A stretch of 63,044 nt of DNA, the filler included, from Hyphochytrium catenoides (taxonomy: Eukaryota > Protista > Hyphochytriomycota), in assembly GCA_900088475.1 (NCBI GenBank). It is 10 parts of 10 records of this genome, joined end to end, with 100 filler letters (N's around TTAATTAATTAA, not from the genome) between each part and the next. Parts side by side here need not be neighbours in the genome. Positions count along the whole stretch, not along the records: positions 1 to 11,925 come from FLMG01004382.1; positions 12,026 to 29,642 come from FLMG01000820.1; 8 more parts are not named here. The stretch is one strand, 5' to 3'. Numbering within the stretch: the first letter of the stretch is position 1; each line of letters starts with the position of its first letter. The translations under genes were made by a program, and so were the position numbers. Below are positions 1-12,515 of this stretch, in pieces. The notes beneath the pieces were generated by a model that was not told the origin of the DNA, searched no databases, and saw nothing but the letters and a program-made list of their open reading frames with translations.

Positions 1-291
1 CGCTCTCTCTCTCTCTCTCACTTCCTGTCTCTGTCTTTCTCTTCCAGTGGTCTTTGTTCCAAACATACAGCGATATACACATCCATTTTGCTTTTTTCTT
101 TCTCTCTCTCTCTTTCTTTAGTTTCCTCTCTCTTTCTTCCTCTTTCTTTCCGAGTTTCATGTTGTGCCTCCCTCCTTCTCCTCTATACATGGGCCAAGCT
201 AATATTTCGGCAGTCATTTGACCAGACCTTCCGTCTCTCTCTCTCTCTCTTTCTTTCTCTCTCTTTCTCTCCCTTTCTCTTCTCTCTATAG

Positions 292-813
292 GAAACAGAG
301 ACAGCTCCCTCTCCTGCTGGGGGAGAAACGCCCAACGGTCTCTCTCTGCTGAAGGAATTGGTCGACAGGAACGGGCTCCTGGGTGTCCAGCAGGTTGGGA
401 GCTTCTGGAAACTCATCCGCAGGGCGAGCAAGGTAAGAGAGAGAGAGAGAGAGAGAGAGAGAAAATGGGGAGAGAAAGAAAGACAGAGAGAGAGAGAGAG
501 GTCTGTTGCTATGGAAAAAGCAGGGAGGGAAGAGAGGAAGAAGAGAGAAGACTCTGTTGCTATTCATCCTCGGGGTCTATATTTCCTCTGTCTCTCTCCC
601 CATCTCTCTGTGTCTCTCTCTTTCTCTCTTCTTTTCTAATCTTTAGCGCTCTCATCGGTTGAAAGTGCCTTTCCTTTCATTCCTTAAGATGGAAATGTGC
701 ATTCGACTAAATATTCTTCCCTCCTTTTCTCTCTCTCTTCTGTCTCTCTTCTTCCTTAATTTTCTCCCGCCATTGAGCAAAAAGATACTTTCTGAGACTG
801 ACTACTAAACACA

Positions 814-856
<43 letters not shown>

Positions 857-893
857 CTGTCTCTCTCCCTCTCTCTCTCTCTCTCTCCCTCTC

Positions 894-929
<36 letters not shown>

Positions 930-1280
930 CTAGCCTCAGCACCGCGCTCTCTTCCTCATCATCCTCGAGCGTTCCGCCGCCCGTCCCGCGGTTCTTTCTC
1001 AGTTTCTCTCTCTTGGCGGTCTCTCTCTCCTTCGTTCCTGGTTGAGAGAAGCTGCGGGAGAGGGAGAGGAAGAACTCATAGAGTTAGTGCTGGACATTCT
1101 TAAGATGTTTCCTGTCACCATCGAGACAGTGCGCGCCGCGGACATAGTAAAACCCTTAAAAAAGTTGAAAAAGAGTCAGCATGGAAAGCTGTCTCTCCTT
1201 GCCGGACAGGTGCTAAGTGCCTGGCAGAAGAGCTTGGAAGCGAAAGAGAAAGAGGAGACAGCCGGTGGAGGAGAGAAAGA

Positions 1281-1312
<32 letters not shown>

Positions 1313-1839
1313 AGCAGCAACCAGGGTCGTCTCTCTCTTCTTCTTCTTCTTCCTCGTTAGGAGGACAAGGAAAGGGAGAAGGAAAAGGTCTGAAGAGAGG
1401 AGCAGAAGAGGTGAAGACATCTGAGGGAGCCGCACCAGCAGAGGCAAAGAGAAAGAAAGTCTCTCCCCCGTCTGCTCTCTCTCTTTCCTCCGAAGGCGTC
1501 TCTCCTGCTCCTTCCTCTTCTTCCGCAGCCTCTCTCGCCAAGGCTGCGGCGTCTCTCTCTCCTTCTTCTCTCTCTTCGGGCACGGGCACGGACGTCCTGA
1601 GTGCGATTCTTGGGACAAAGGAAGGGCCAGCAGCCAAGCGAAAGGCCGTCGTTATACCTGCTGATGAGAGTACGAAGCCTGTTCTTTCTCTCTCTCACTC
1701 TCCCTCTCTCTCGCTTCCTTCCTTCCTTACATTTTCTGGCGCTGCCCTAGAGCTCTCTTTCGGACTCTTTCTCTCTCTGCTTTGTGAAAATCTCATTCCA
1801 CGCCACAATGGAATTCGATTATCTCTCTCTCCCTTCTTT

Positions 1840-1882
<43 letters not shown>

Positions 1883-2062
1883 CTCTCTCTGGCTCTCTCT
1901 CTGGCTCTCTCAGTAAACTTCTCTCTATATCATCACTCTCTTTCTCCCGCTTTTCCCTTTCGCTTACTCATTAACTCTCTCTTCTTTTTATTTCAACCTC
2001 TCTACCCTTTTCTCTCTCTCTCTCTCACTTTCTCCCCCTCTCTCTCTCTCTCTCACTTTCTT

Positions 2063-2105
<43 letters not shown>

Positions 2106-2364
2106 GCTCCAGCGCCTGAGCTGCCAAAGATAGAAAGCTTCGATTCAGAGAAAGAGAAAGTGATTGACTCTTCTTCCTCTTCCTCTCGCCGTCTCCGGTG
2201 GGCGGACCATGAAGGCAAGCCTCTGACTCACATCAAACTCTTCAAGACAGAGAAGGAAGAGGGAGGAGGAGGAGAGAGAGGAGGACAGCCCGCCAGGAGC
2301 TTTAAAGATGCGCAGAAGAGTGAGCATCTGATAGAGAGAGAGAGCATGCAAAAGGTAAGACAGG

Positions 2365-2409
<45 letters not shown>

Positions 2410-3788
2410 CGGAATGTCCCCCAACGTCTCTCTTTACTTTGTGTCTCTCTTCTTCTTCTTCTTCTGGGACAGGGTTCATGCTCTTTTATATGAGTTGTCT
2501 TACCTCTTTTGTCTCTCTCTCTCTCTCCCCCTTGTACTTTCTCTTCTCTCTTTCTCTGTATCTTTCTCCCTGCTTAGCGGCCCGTGTACTCCATCCCACG
2601 CACTCACTCAATCTCTTTCTCTCTCTCTCTCTCACCTCTCTCTCTCTCACCTCTCTCTCTCGACTCTCTCCGTTGTCGACCCGCATTCTTCTCCACCGCT
2701 CTTCTCTCTGTCCCCCCTTTTCACAATAATCCGACCTCTCTCTGTGTCTCTCTCTCCCTCTCTCATTCTGTCTCTCTCTCCCTGTCTTTCTTTCTTTCTT
2801 TTGCTCTATCTCTCTTTCCTTTCTCTTTTTCTCTCTCTCTGTATCTATCTATCNNNNNNNNNNNNNNNNNNNNNNAACGCCGGAGACAGAGGCGCAAGAA
2901 GGAAGAACGAGACGACTTATGCAAGCCATTTATTATAGGAGAGAGGACATTCCTCTCTCTCCTCAAGACATCTCTCTCTCTCTCTCCCCCTCCACCGCCT
3001 CCTACAGCTCAACGCCTATCATTATACCTCTGGCACACAGCCAACCTCCAGCAACCACCTCTTCTTCCTCCTCTTCTTTCTCTCTCTCTCCTTCTCTCTC
3101 TTCCGAAACATCTTCTTCTCTCTCTCTCTCTCCCTCTCCCGCCGCGGCTCATACATTAACTATGGACAACCTCCCCGAGGCGATAAAGAAACTCAGCCCT
3201 GAACTCTTAGAAGTTCTCCTAAGAAACGAAGAGTTAGCGGTGGAAGTTTTAGAAAACGCGGCGAGAGGTCTTCCCCTGGATATGCAGAAATTGTATGGGG
3301 AAGCAGAGAGACAGGGGATTAGGATAGAGAGAGAGACATCTTCTCTCTCTCTCTCTTCTTCTCCTGCTTCGCATATGTCTCTCCCTCCTGCTCCTCCTTC
3401 TTCTTCAGGAGGACCCGGAAGGCAACAGAGAGGAGAGAGTTGGGCTGCGCCACCGTATCGCCATCCTGCTCCCTCTTCTTCTTCGGTCTCTCTCTCTCAG
3501 CATCACTTCTCTTCTTCTCTCCCTCCCCATCCTGGAAGACATCCTCCTCCTCCTCGGTACGCTCCTCCTCCTCCCCATTTTTCAGAAGGAGAGAGAGAGA
3601 GGGGAGGAAACTATCCGAGAGAGAGAGAAAGAGAGAGAGGAAGACTTCCTCCTCCTTGTCGTCATTTCTCTCGCGGATTGTGCCGCCTGGGGAAGGATTG
3701 CAAGTTCTATCATGATCCTAATTATGCTGATCTACAGAGAGGAGGAGGAGGAGGGAAGCCGCCGCCCAACTTTAACCCTCGCCGTTGA
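292..3788 (+). CDS. PPP1R10: PP1 nuclear targeting subunit (PNUTS/PPP1R10)-like protein; 5' end not seen; exons 292-432, 934-1669, 2107-2354, ~2876-3788 (acceptor lost in N gap)
   Basis: GT-AG introns keep the reading phase. Translation gives a TFIIS-N-like domain (FLSLGGLSLLRSWLREA...LKMFPVTIETVRAADIVKPLKKLKK...VLSAWQK), an RVxF-type motif (RRLRWADHEGKPLTHIKLF), MQAIYYRREDIPLSPQD, and a C-terminal CCCH finger (CRHFSRGLCRLGKDCKFYH), the PNUTS domain order. Confidence 0.85.
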
Positions 3789-4728
3789 GAAGAGAGAGAG
3801 AAAAAGAGAGAGAGAGAGAGAGAGAGAGAATATGTGCGTGAGGGGGAGAGAGAGATATTGTTCTCAGTGTTTCACTGTATGAGGAGAGGAAGGGGAGGCA
3901 AGCCGCCCCCAACTTTAACTCTCGCCGTTGAGAAGAGAGAGAGAGAAAGAGAGAGAGAGAGATCGTTGTCAGTTTTTTTCAAGTGTGTTGTTAAGTCCTA
4001 TCTTCCTTAAGATTGAACAAGATGGTGGTCTTAGGCCCTTGCGTCTTTCTCTTCCCTTACAAATTTGAATCGTCTCTCTCTCTCTCTCTCTCTCTCTCTA
4101 GACGGCCGGGGAGAAAAGGGGAGACAGGAGAGCAAACCTTCTGGGGCCCAGGCAGAGGGAAGTCACAGAGAGAGAGAATGGGAGAGAGACAAGGAGAGAG
4201 ACAGACCAAAAAGAGGGAGAGATAGAAAGCAAAGAAGAGAACTTTTAGAGAGAGAGAGTGATTGGGAAGACTTACTGAAAAAAAAAAAGGATTTAGGGAG
4301 TAAGAGAGAAAGAGTGCGAGGGGTAGAGAGATAGAGAAAAAGAGAGAGAAGAGAGAAACAGAAAATAGGGGCTAGTTGGTTTCTGATTGGGCTAACCTCT
4401 CTCCACCCCCAAGGGAGGAGAGAGAAATAATCATTAGCACTTTTATAAATAACGGAGAGAGAGAGAGAGACAAGGAAGAAGAGAAATCATTGGAACCGAA
4501 ACGAAGAGGGTGGGAGGCAACAGAGAAAGAGAGAGGAGGGAGAGAGCAAAGAGAAGAAGGGCACTTAAAACAGGATCTAGAAAGAGTGTGAGAAAGAAAG
4601 AAAGAGAGGAGTGGCGCGAAAAGAGAGATAATAGACAGTAAGAGAGAGAGAGAGAGAGAGAGAGAAAAGCGGAGAAGAGAGAGAGAGAGAGAGATGCCAA
4701 CGCTACAAACAAAAAACACGTAAGATTT

Positions 4729-5099
4729 CTAGCGCCAAAGAGGGCGACCTTGCTCTTTCTCTCTCTCTTTCGTGTTTGCTTTCTTTAGAGAGGAGCGCAG
4801 CGAAGAGCTCTCATTGCTTTCAGAAGAGAGAGGAGCCGGCACTCGACTGCTTCCTCTCTTTTCCAGGGTAGGACGAGAGAGAGAGAGAGAACGGCCCGCG
4901 CTGCGGAGAGAGCCAGGTGCTTGGAGTCTAGAGACAAAGCGTGAAGAAGAGAGAGAAGAAGAGACACTTGTCTCGGAAAGTGCATTTCCTTGCTCTGTTT
5001 TCTCTCCTGTCGTTGTTCGGGGAGAAAGGGGTCTCGTTCCATCTTTCCCGTTACTGGTAGGCAATAAAGAGAGAGAGACACCACAGAGAGAGAGAGAGT

Positions 5100-5154
<55 letters not shown>

Positions 5155-6001
5155 AGAGAGTTACCGGTGGAGACCACGAGCCGGAGGAGAGTGAGCAGAC
5201 AAAGACCAAAAAGCGAGACAGAGAGAAGGAGAACGATAAGGTTACCAAAAGGGAGAGACATTATGAGAGAGAGAGAGAGAGAGACAGAGACCAAATAGCG
5301 AGCCAAAACTCTAGAAGAGAGAGAGAAAAAGAGAGCGGTAGAAGAGAAAGACGAGAAAAACTTCTATCAAAAGAGTTCAATAAAGGGGAAGGAAGACAAA
5401 GATAGACCGAGCGAGCGAGAGATATAGAGAGAGAAGTATAGAGAGAATTATGGAGAGAGAAAGAGACACTTGTAAGAAAATCTCCCTCTTTCTCTCATCG
5501 AATTCGGAGTTGTCTCTTCTCTTTTCTCACTCTCACCTTGTTTCTTCCCCTCCTGCGACCAGCGGAAGAGAGAGATCATCTAGTTCTCTCTCTCCTAGGG
5601 AAGAGAGTTCGCCTCTTGTGCTCTGAGAGCTTGATTGCGTGGCTGTCTCTGTCTTTGATCTCGCACTTCCTGGCCTGCCTTGGGAAGAAGAAGAGGAAGA
5701 GAGAGACATCCTCTTTCTCTTCTCTTGCGCTNNNNNNNNNNNNNNNNNNNNNNNNNNNNNNNNNNNNNNNNNNNNNNNNNNNNNNNNNNNNNNNNNNNNN
5801 NNNNNNNNNNNNNNNNNNNNNNNNNNNNNNNNNNNNNNNNNNNNNNNNNNNNNNNNNNNNNNNNNNNNGAGAGGATGGGGAGAACAAAGACACAGACGGA
5901 AGAATCAATGAGAGAGTAAAGGAGAAAGACACAAAGGACGCAATGTAACGAGAAGAGACATGAAAGTGAGAATGGGGGAGAAAGAAAGAAAGAGATGGAA
6001 A

Positions 6002-6039
<38 letters not shown>

Positions 6040-7243
6040 AACCAAGGAGAGTGCGCAAGATTAAACAGAAGCGTTTCTCTCTTTTTTTGCTGCGTTTACC
6101 TCCATCTTCATCTTCCTCAGCTGTCTCTCTTTGGCTTCTCTCTCTTCATTGTCTCTCTGTCTCTGCTCTTGTTCCTCTTTCAGCCGCACCAATAGCTCCC
6201 CATTTGTCCTCTTAAGAGCCTCATTTTGTGCGGAAAGATTGCGCTTTAACTCGTCTAAGGATTTCGTGCGCACATCAAGGACGGTCGACATCTTTGCAAT
6301 CCCACGCGTTTGCTCTTGTTTCTGCAAAACAGAGAGAGAGACATCGTGGGAGAGAGAGAAAGTGAGAAAGAGAGAGAGAGAGGAGAGTGAGCAGCAGGAG
6401 AGACACATTGTATTACCAAGAGCAAGAGGGCAAAGCGAGAGTCTTATGTTCGGGATGAAAGAGAGAACGAAAGAATAGCCGAAGAAGGGTCAGTGGAGAG
6501 AGAAAGAGCGAGAGAAAGATAACTCTATCACACTAAAATGGTAGTAAAAAGATTGGATAGTCAACAGCCCTGTGTCTCTCTTTACTTTCTCTCTTTCTCT
6601 CCCCTACCTGCTGACTGAGAGCCTCCTCAAGCTTGTTTTTCTTGGCGTTAAGAGTCTGAAGCTCAGCCTTTAGCTGCTGGTTCTCTCCCTCCAATTTTTT
6701 CAGGTCAATCCTAGGCGTTCGTTGGGCAGCAGAGAGAGAGACACGGCGAACTCTTGAAGCGAACTGGAGAGAGAAGAGAGTTTCATCTCCTCCTCTCTGC
6801 GTGGGGCAGACCGTAAGGATCATTAAAGTCTTCGAAGGACCGCCTAACGCATCCTGTGTGCGAGAGACAAAAAAAGAGAGAGGGAGAGAGAGACAGGGAG
6901 AGAAAGAGAAGAGAGAACAGAAGGTAGAAAGACGAGAGAGAAAAGGATGAGTGGCTCGCTGGGATGTAGGAAAAACATGCAGTTGCTGTGCGATGCCTTC
7001 CTTGCATTCCGCATGATTCTCTGCTTCTCTTCCTCTATCTCATCTCTTTACCTGACAGTTTCTCACACTCTCTCGCTTATCCTTCCTTTCTCTCCCGAGT
7101 TTTCTTTCTTTCTCTCCTCCCTCCAGCCATCTCCCTTTTATCGCCCTTTCCTTCTTGCCTGTCTCCCACGAGTCCCTTTATCACCTTTCTTCTGTGCTCC
7201 CCCCGTTCTCTCTCTCCTTCGACCAGAGTCTCTCCCTCTCTCT

Positions 7244-7289
<46 letters not shown>

Positions 7290-10200
7290 TTCTCTCTCTC
7301 TCTCTCTCTTCGTTCTCTCTCTCTTTCTCTCTCTTCTCTTACCTTGAGGAGGTAGGTCAGCTTTGAATTTCTATAAGGAACATGCGTTCTCTTTTTATCA
7401 AGCGCCTCAATCACATCTCCTAGGGCAGCTAGAGACTTGTTGATGAACTGCGCCTCTTTCAACTGTTCCCCACTGACGCCACTCTTTCCTACTCTCTCGC
7501 TTCCTGCCAGATCCACGAGAAAGAGTCTCCCCTGGGTGGGGAGAGCCTCTCCCCCTGGGTCTGTCCCCTGGACTTCTACAATGAGAACAGAGTGAGAGCG
7601 AGAAGAGTGCTCGTGGATGTTGGTGGCGGCGACGCTTCTGTTTTTCATTCCTCTCTCGAAGAGAGAGAGAAGACTCTCGGAAGAAGAGACTCTCTCTTTC
7701 GTGAGGTCAGGGATATAGACAGAGTCAGCAGAAGACGGATCTTGCCTTACTTCTAGCTTGGGCTGTTGCTCTCCTTTGAAAGAGAGAAGGTCACGAATCT
7801 CTTCATTGTAGATCTCAAAGAGAGAGATAGAGATAGAAAACTCGAGGGGCACTTCTCCTTCAAAGACACGAGAGGATGAAGAAGAAGAGAGAGCGCGCTT
7901 CTCTCTCCCCTCTGCAGAAGAGGGTCTCTCTCCCTCCAAACCGCTCTTTCCTCTTTCTCCATTTTCTTGTCTTCTCTCTGTCCCATCAAGGAGAGAAACA
8001 TCACCACCATTTACAGGAGAAGAGGAAGAAGAGGAGAGAGAAGAGAGAATGGTCCCTCTTGCTGCTGCTAACTCGAAGATTCTCTCAATCAAGAGAGAGT
8101 TTAACCCTGGATTCTCTCTCGGTCCCTGCATGGTGTATGTCTTTCCTGAGCCGGTCTGTCCATAGGCCAACACACAGGCATTAAACCCTCTCACGACAGA
8201 GACAGCGAGAGGTTCCACCTGGTGAAAGACATCCACTTGCGAGTCAGAAGGAGAGAAAACATGGTCAAAGGGGAAAGAGCGCCATCCTCTTCCTCTTCTG
8301 TCATAAAAGCCCAACTCTAAGTCTCCCAGCACTTGGACGACTGTCTCTTCTTCTGTCTCTTCCGGTCGGCGCGGCCGCACTCTGCACATGACCTGGATTG
8401 TCCCTTTTAGCTCTTGAAGACGAGAGAGAAGCTCCGCGTTTCTCTTTCTCTGTTCTTTCAGTAGCTTTGTGACAGTCTCCAAGTGGGGTTGTTGTTCCTT
8501 GTTTTCTTTCTCTCTCTCTCTCTCTCTTTCTCCCGCTCCTCCTCCTCCTCCTCCTCCGCTCCCACCTTCTGACAGTGCAGAAGAGAGAGAGAGAGACGAG
8601 CCAGAGCGCATCACATCGGGTCCAATAGTGCCATTTCCCATAGCCGGTAACGGCTTCACCGGCATCCGCATCTGGGCTTTTAAGGCTCGGACTTCAGCCT
8701 CCAGCTTCTGATTTGCCGTTTGCAGCTCTTCAAGGTCGTCCCGGAAGAGGGAAGAGGAGGCGGACGGTCTCTCTCCATTTTCTCCCTGTCCTCTCTCTCT
8801 CTCTTCGTCTTCTCCATCTTGTTGAAGGTCGTCACGGGCTTCGTCTCTCTCTCTTCTCTCTCTTTCTCTTTCGCGCAGGGCCGTAAGTTCTCCTTCCATC
8901 TTCTGCAAGCTCTGCCTGAGATGGTGCAGCTCTTGACTCTTTCCTGTCACCTCGGCCCGCAGGACGGCCAATTCTTCTTCTCTCTCGTTCAGTTCTTCCT
9001 GCTTTGCCCCTAGAAGTGTCTGCCACTCTTCTCTCTGCAAAAACGCACTCTCTTCCATCTGAGAGATTCTCTCTTCTAACTGAGAGAGCATCTTTCGTTG
9101 CTCTTCAAGAGAGAGAGAAAGATGCGCATTCTCTTCTTCGTGTTCTCTCACCTGCTGTTCAAACTGCTCTCTCTCTGTCTTTTCTAGGGCGCGGGAAGAG
9201 AGAGAGGGCGTGGGAGAGCCGGGAGGAACAGGACGGGACATGAGCTCATCGGTAAGCTCTAACATTTCTTGAGAGAGTTGGTCGTTCTTTTCTTGCTCTT
9301 CCTTTAGCTTTTCGGTCAATGTCTCCATCTCTTCCTCTAACTCTTGAATGTAAGCTTCCATCTCTGCTTTCTCTTCCTCATGTTCTCTCTCTCTCTCTTC
9401 CGATGAAGAAGCAGCAGCGGCCCTCTCGGACCGTACAGAGGCTTCAACACTGAAGCTGTTTCTACGGATATCTAGAGAAGAGAGAGAGAGAGACGGAAAA
9501 GAGAGAGAGAGTGAGAAATAGGAAAGAGAAGAGAGAGATAGAGAGTAGCAATAGAAGGAAGAGAATAAGGGAAAGCAGGAAGTCACCAATTTAAGATTTT
9601 AGGTCAGGACTCTTGGACATCGACGGAGGTCAGCAACGGGAACAGAATTCTTCAAAAAACCCAAAGAGAGAGAAGAGACACACGGAGGGAGAGCGAGACG
9701 AGAGAGAGAACGAGAGAGAGAGAGAGAAAGAGACAGAGAGAGAAAGAAAGAGACAGAGAGAGAGAGAGAGAGAGAAAGGGAGAGAGAGAGAGGGGCAAGA
9801 CCTCGAGAAGGAGAGAAACGGAGGAATTGCTAGGAAAGAGGAAAATGTGCCAGGAAAGAGTTCAAAGAGGTGTGGAAAAATGGGCTAGCGACGTATCACG
9901 GACAGAAAGAGAGAAAAAAGAGCGAAAATAGAGAGACCGAGAGGGAGAGAGAGAGAAGAGAGAGAAAGAGAACAGAGGCCTCTAACCATGAGAACTTTTC
10001 TTCAGAACTTGGATCTCAGACGCCAGCTCTTGGATCTCTGCTCTGCTTCTCTCTGAGGCGATCTGATGCTCTTCCCTAAGTTCCTCATACTCTTGCTGCA
10101 AGAACACTTTCTCTTCCGTTATTTTCTCCAGTCGATACCGCAGGTCATCCGCACTAGCCTAGAAGGGAGAGGAAGGGAATAGAAGAGGGTCAGAAAGAGA

Positions 10201-10334
10201 GAGGAGAGAAGGAAGAAAGAGAGAGGATGAAAATGAGCGCTTTAGAGAGAGAGAGAGAGAGAAAGGGAAGGAGAGAGGGAAACAAAACAGAAATAGACGG
10301 GACCAAAGACAGGACAGGGGAAAAGAGACGGACG

Positions 10335-10426
<92 letters not shown>

Positions 10427-10939
10427 AGTAGGCACGAAGATTGCTATAGAAAAGGACCAAGCGAAGAGGGAGAGAGAGAGGGAGAGTGTACACCCTCTCC
10501 CCAAATAGCAATACTACAAGCACAACTTCCTTCTCTCGTTACCATACAGCCCCTCTTTATGTTCTATTCTGTCTCGCAACGTTACCTTTGTGATCCTCTC
10601 CTGGCTTTGCAGCTCATCATTTTCCTGCTCGAGAACTCTTTTCTCTTCTTCCAAACGCGCCTTTGTCTCTCTCAGCCCTTGTATCTCTCCCTGCAGTCCT
10701 ACCAGCTCTCGCCCTATTAAGCCCGCTCTTTCTCGCGCTTCCTCTAACTCGAACTGCAGCTGCAGTTTCTCTCTTTGAAGCTCAGAAATCTTTCCTTCCG
10801 CCCTTCCAAGCTCTTCCTCCAGCTCCTCCTCCAGCTCGCGGGAGGAAGAAGTATAGTCATCAAAGTTTGATTGTAAGAGAGAGAGTTCTTGTTGGCGTCT
10901 CTCCGCGAGAGCTTTATAGTGGCTGAGGAAGGGAAGAGA

Positions 10940-10994
<55 letters not shown>

Positions 10995-11117
10995 TGAGGG
11001 TTAGGAGAAGAAGAGAGTGAAAAGAGACGAAAAAGCAGGAAGGAGAGAGAGCGATGGACGTTTATTGGACGGCGGAGGATATAGAGATGGTGTATAAAGG
11101 GAGGGAGAGAGACAGAC

Positions 11118-11153
<36 letters not shown>

Positions 11154-11382
11154 GGAGAGAAAAAAAGAAAGAGAGAGAAAAAGAAGAACGAGAGCGAGGA
11201 GCGGTAGAGCACCGAGACTAAGTAAAGACGGCGAGAAGACAGGGTCATGGCGATGAGGGCCGAATCAAAGGAGAGAAAGAAGCAGGAGAGAGAAGAACTA
11301 CTATGACAACTAAGCATTGAACCTACCTGAGTTCCTTCTCTATAGAGTCAAACTGCCGCTGCTGCTCATCTAAGCTGCCCAT
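4729..11382 (-). CDS. Kinesin-14 (KIFC3-like) motor with N-terminal NudE/NDEL1-like coiled coil; exons 11382-11327, 10922-10586, 10158-9987, 9471-7343, 6853-6608, 6321-6100, then uncertain 3' exons (~5731-5537 and ~5060-4729)
   Basis: Kinesin-14 neck LQELKGTIQVMCRVRP, P-loop AYGQTGSGKTYTM, switch I SSRSH, switch II LVDLAGSER, HVPYRNSKLTYLLKDALGG and ETLFSLQFASRV. The first six exons join in phase across GT-AG introns. The 3' exons are tentative because of an N gap. Confidence 0.88.
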
Positions 11383-11925
11383 CTTTCCTTCTGTGCTCTC
11401 TTTCTCTCTCTAGAAGACAGAGCGAGAGAGAGAGAGAGAGAGAGAAAGAGAGCGAGAGCGAGAGGGAGAGAGACTTTTGCAGACTGACGCTTATGGCGCT
11501 CGTCCAGGCTGAGAAATTAACATATTTATCGGCCGTCCGTCGTCATCTGTTCACTCTGCAAGCACGGGATGTCAGGTTCTCTTCTGCACCTTTGAGACGT
11601 CAAGGAGTATGACCGGCAGGAGGCGTATATTCTGGCCATGAAAGGTTTAGTTAGCCTTTCTCGGGCATCATTGCCGCGGTAGACGGCTTTCGAGAGCGCT
11701 CCGTTGGTGCCCAAGTGTACAGGGTCACTCGTCCTTATATAATTCCAGAGATCCTCTTCTCTTCTTCAGCTCCTTCACTTATAGTGCAGCCTGCGAGCAG
11801 GGCAGAAGTTTGCGCGTCTGCAGATTGATGAGTCTCCAGTCTCAAGAAAAGCTCAAATTTTATTGGCCTTTTTGCCCAATTTCTCAGTCTCATTTTCCAT
11901 CATCACTCGGCGCCAATCTCAAGGG

Positions 11926-12025
11926 NNNNNNNNNNNNNNNNNNNNNNNNNNNNNNNNNNNNNNNNNNNNTTAATTAATTAANNNNNNNNNNNNNNNNNNN
12001 NNNNNNNNNNNNNNNNNNNNNNNNN
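11926..12025. other. Artificial contig-join linker N44-TTAATTAATTAA-N44; same 12-mer also at about 29687, 35516, 36681, 40001, 42983, 54949, 56119 and 61770
   Basis: An identical 12-mer with stops in all six frames, flanked by N runs, occurs nine times. Confidence 0.95.
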
Positions 12026-12083
12026 AGATGGAGTCTGGAACTGTGAGCCTTTTAGAGCTCTTGTCAGCTTCTGCTCTCAACAA

Positions 12084-12260
12084 ATATCAGTGTGTCATCA
12101 ACGCGTCTCCGAATCCTGGTCCGGATCTTGATCTGGATCTTGAACAAATTTGATCTTGATGTCAGCTGGATCTTGTCCGGAACGAACTGGTTGTTAAGGT
12201 AGGTAGGTCCATAACCCGATGAATATATGGTATTCTTCGGAGACAAACATATTATGAGTT
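12084..12260 (-). pseudogene. Decayed copia reverse transcriptase fragment
   Basis: VDDTLIF matches the FVDDDTLIFA motif of the RT fragment near 40140; both share the DNA aatatcagtgtgtcatca. Confidence 0.5.
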
Positions 12261-12515
12261 CCTGCTCGGCTTATAAGCCTGAAAGGGTAGTAGTCTCTCG
12301 ATTGTGGGATGTTATCAATAGCTTTAGGCTGCGCCTCGGGCTCGCCCGACGTTATTAGTGCGTACTCCAGCCGTCGGCTGCATTATTAGTGGAAGATGTT
12401 TAGATCACTGATTTATTAGTTGTATTAGTTGTACAGGTACAAGTAACACCAGGAGCTCTTCATTCCTTCTACATGTAGATCTATCTAGTTCTATCAGTAT
12501 TACTTAGGTAGGCAC

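Noticed and set aside
1-11500. Many ORF-track entries rich in SLSLSL or ERERER (also 33300-39900 and 52500-54900)
   Set aside because: They are stop-free translations of intronic or intergenic (GA)n/(TC)n microsatellites, or antisense shadows of real exons.
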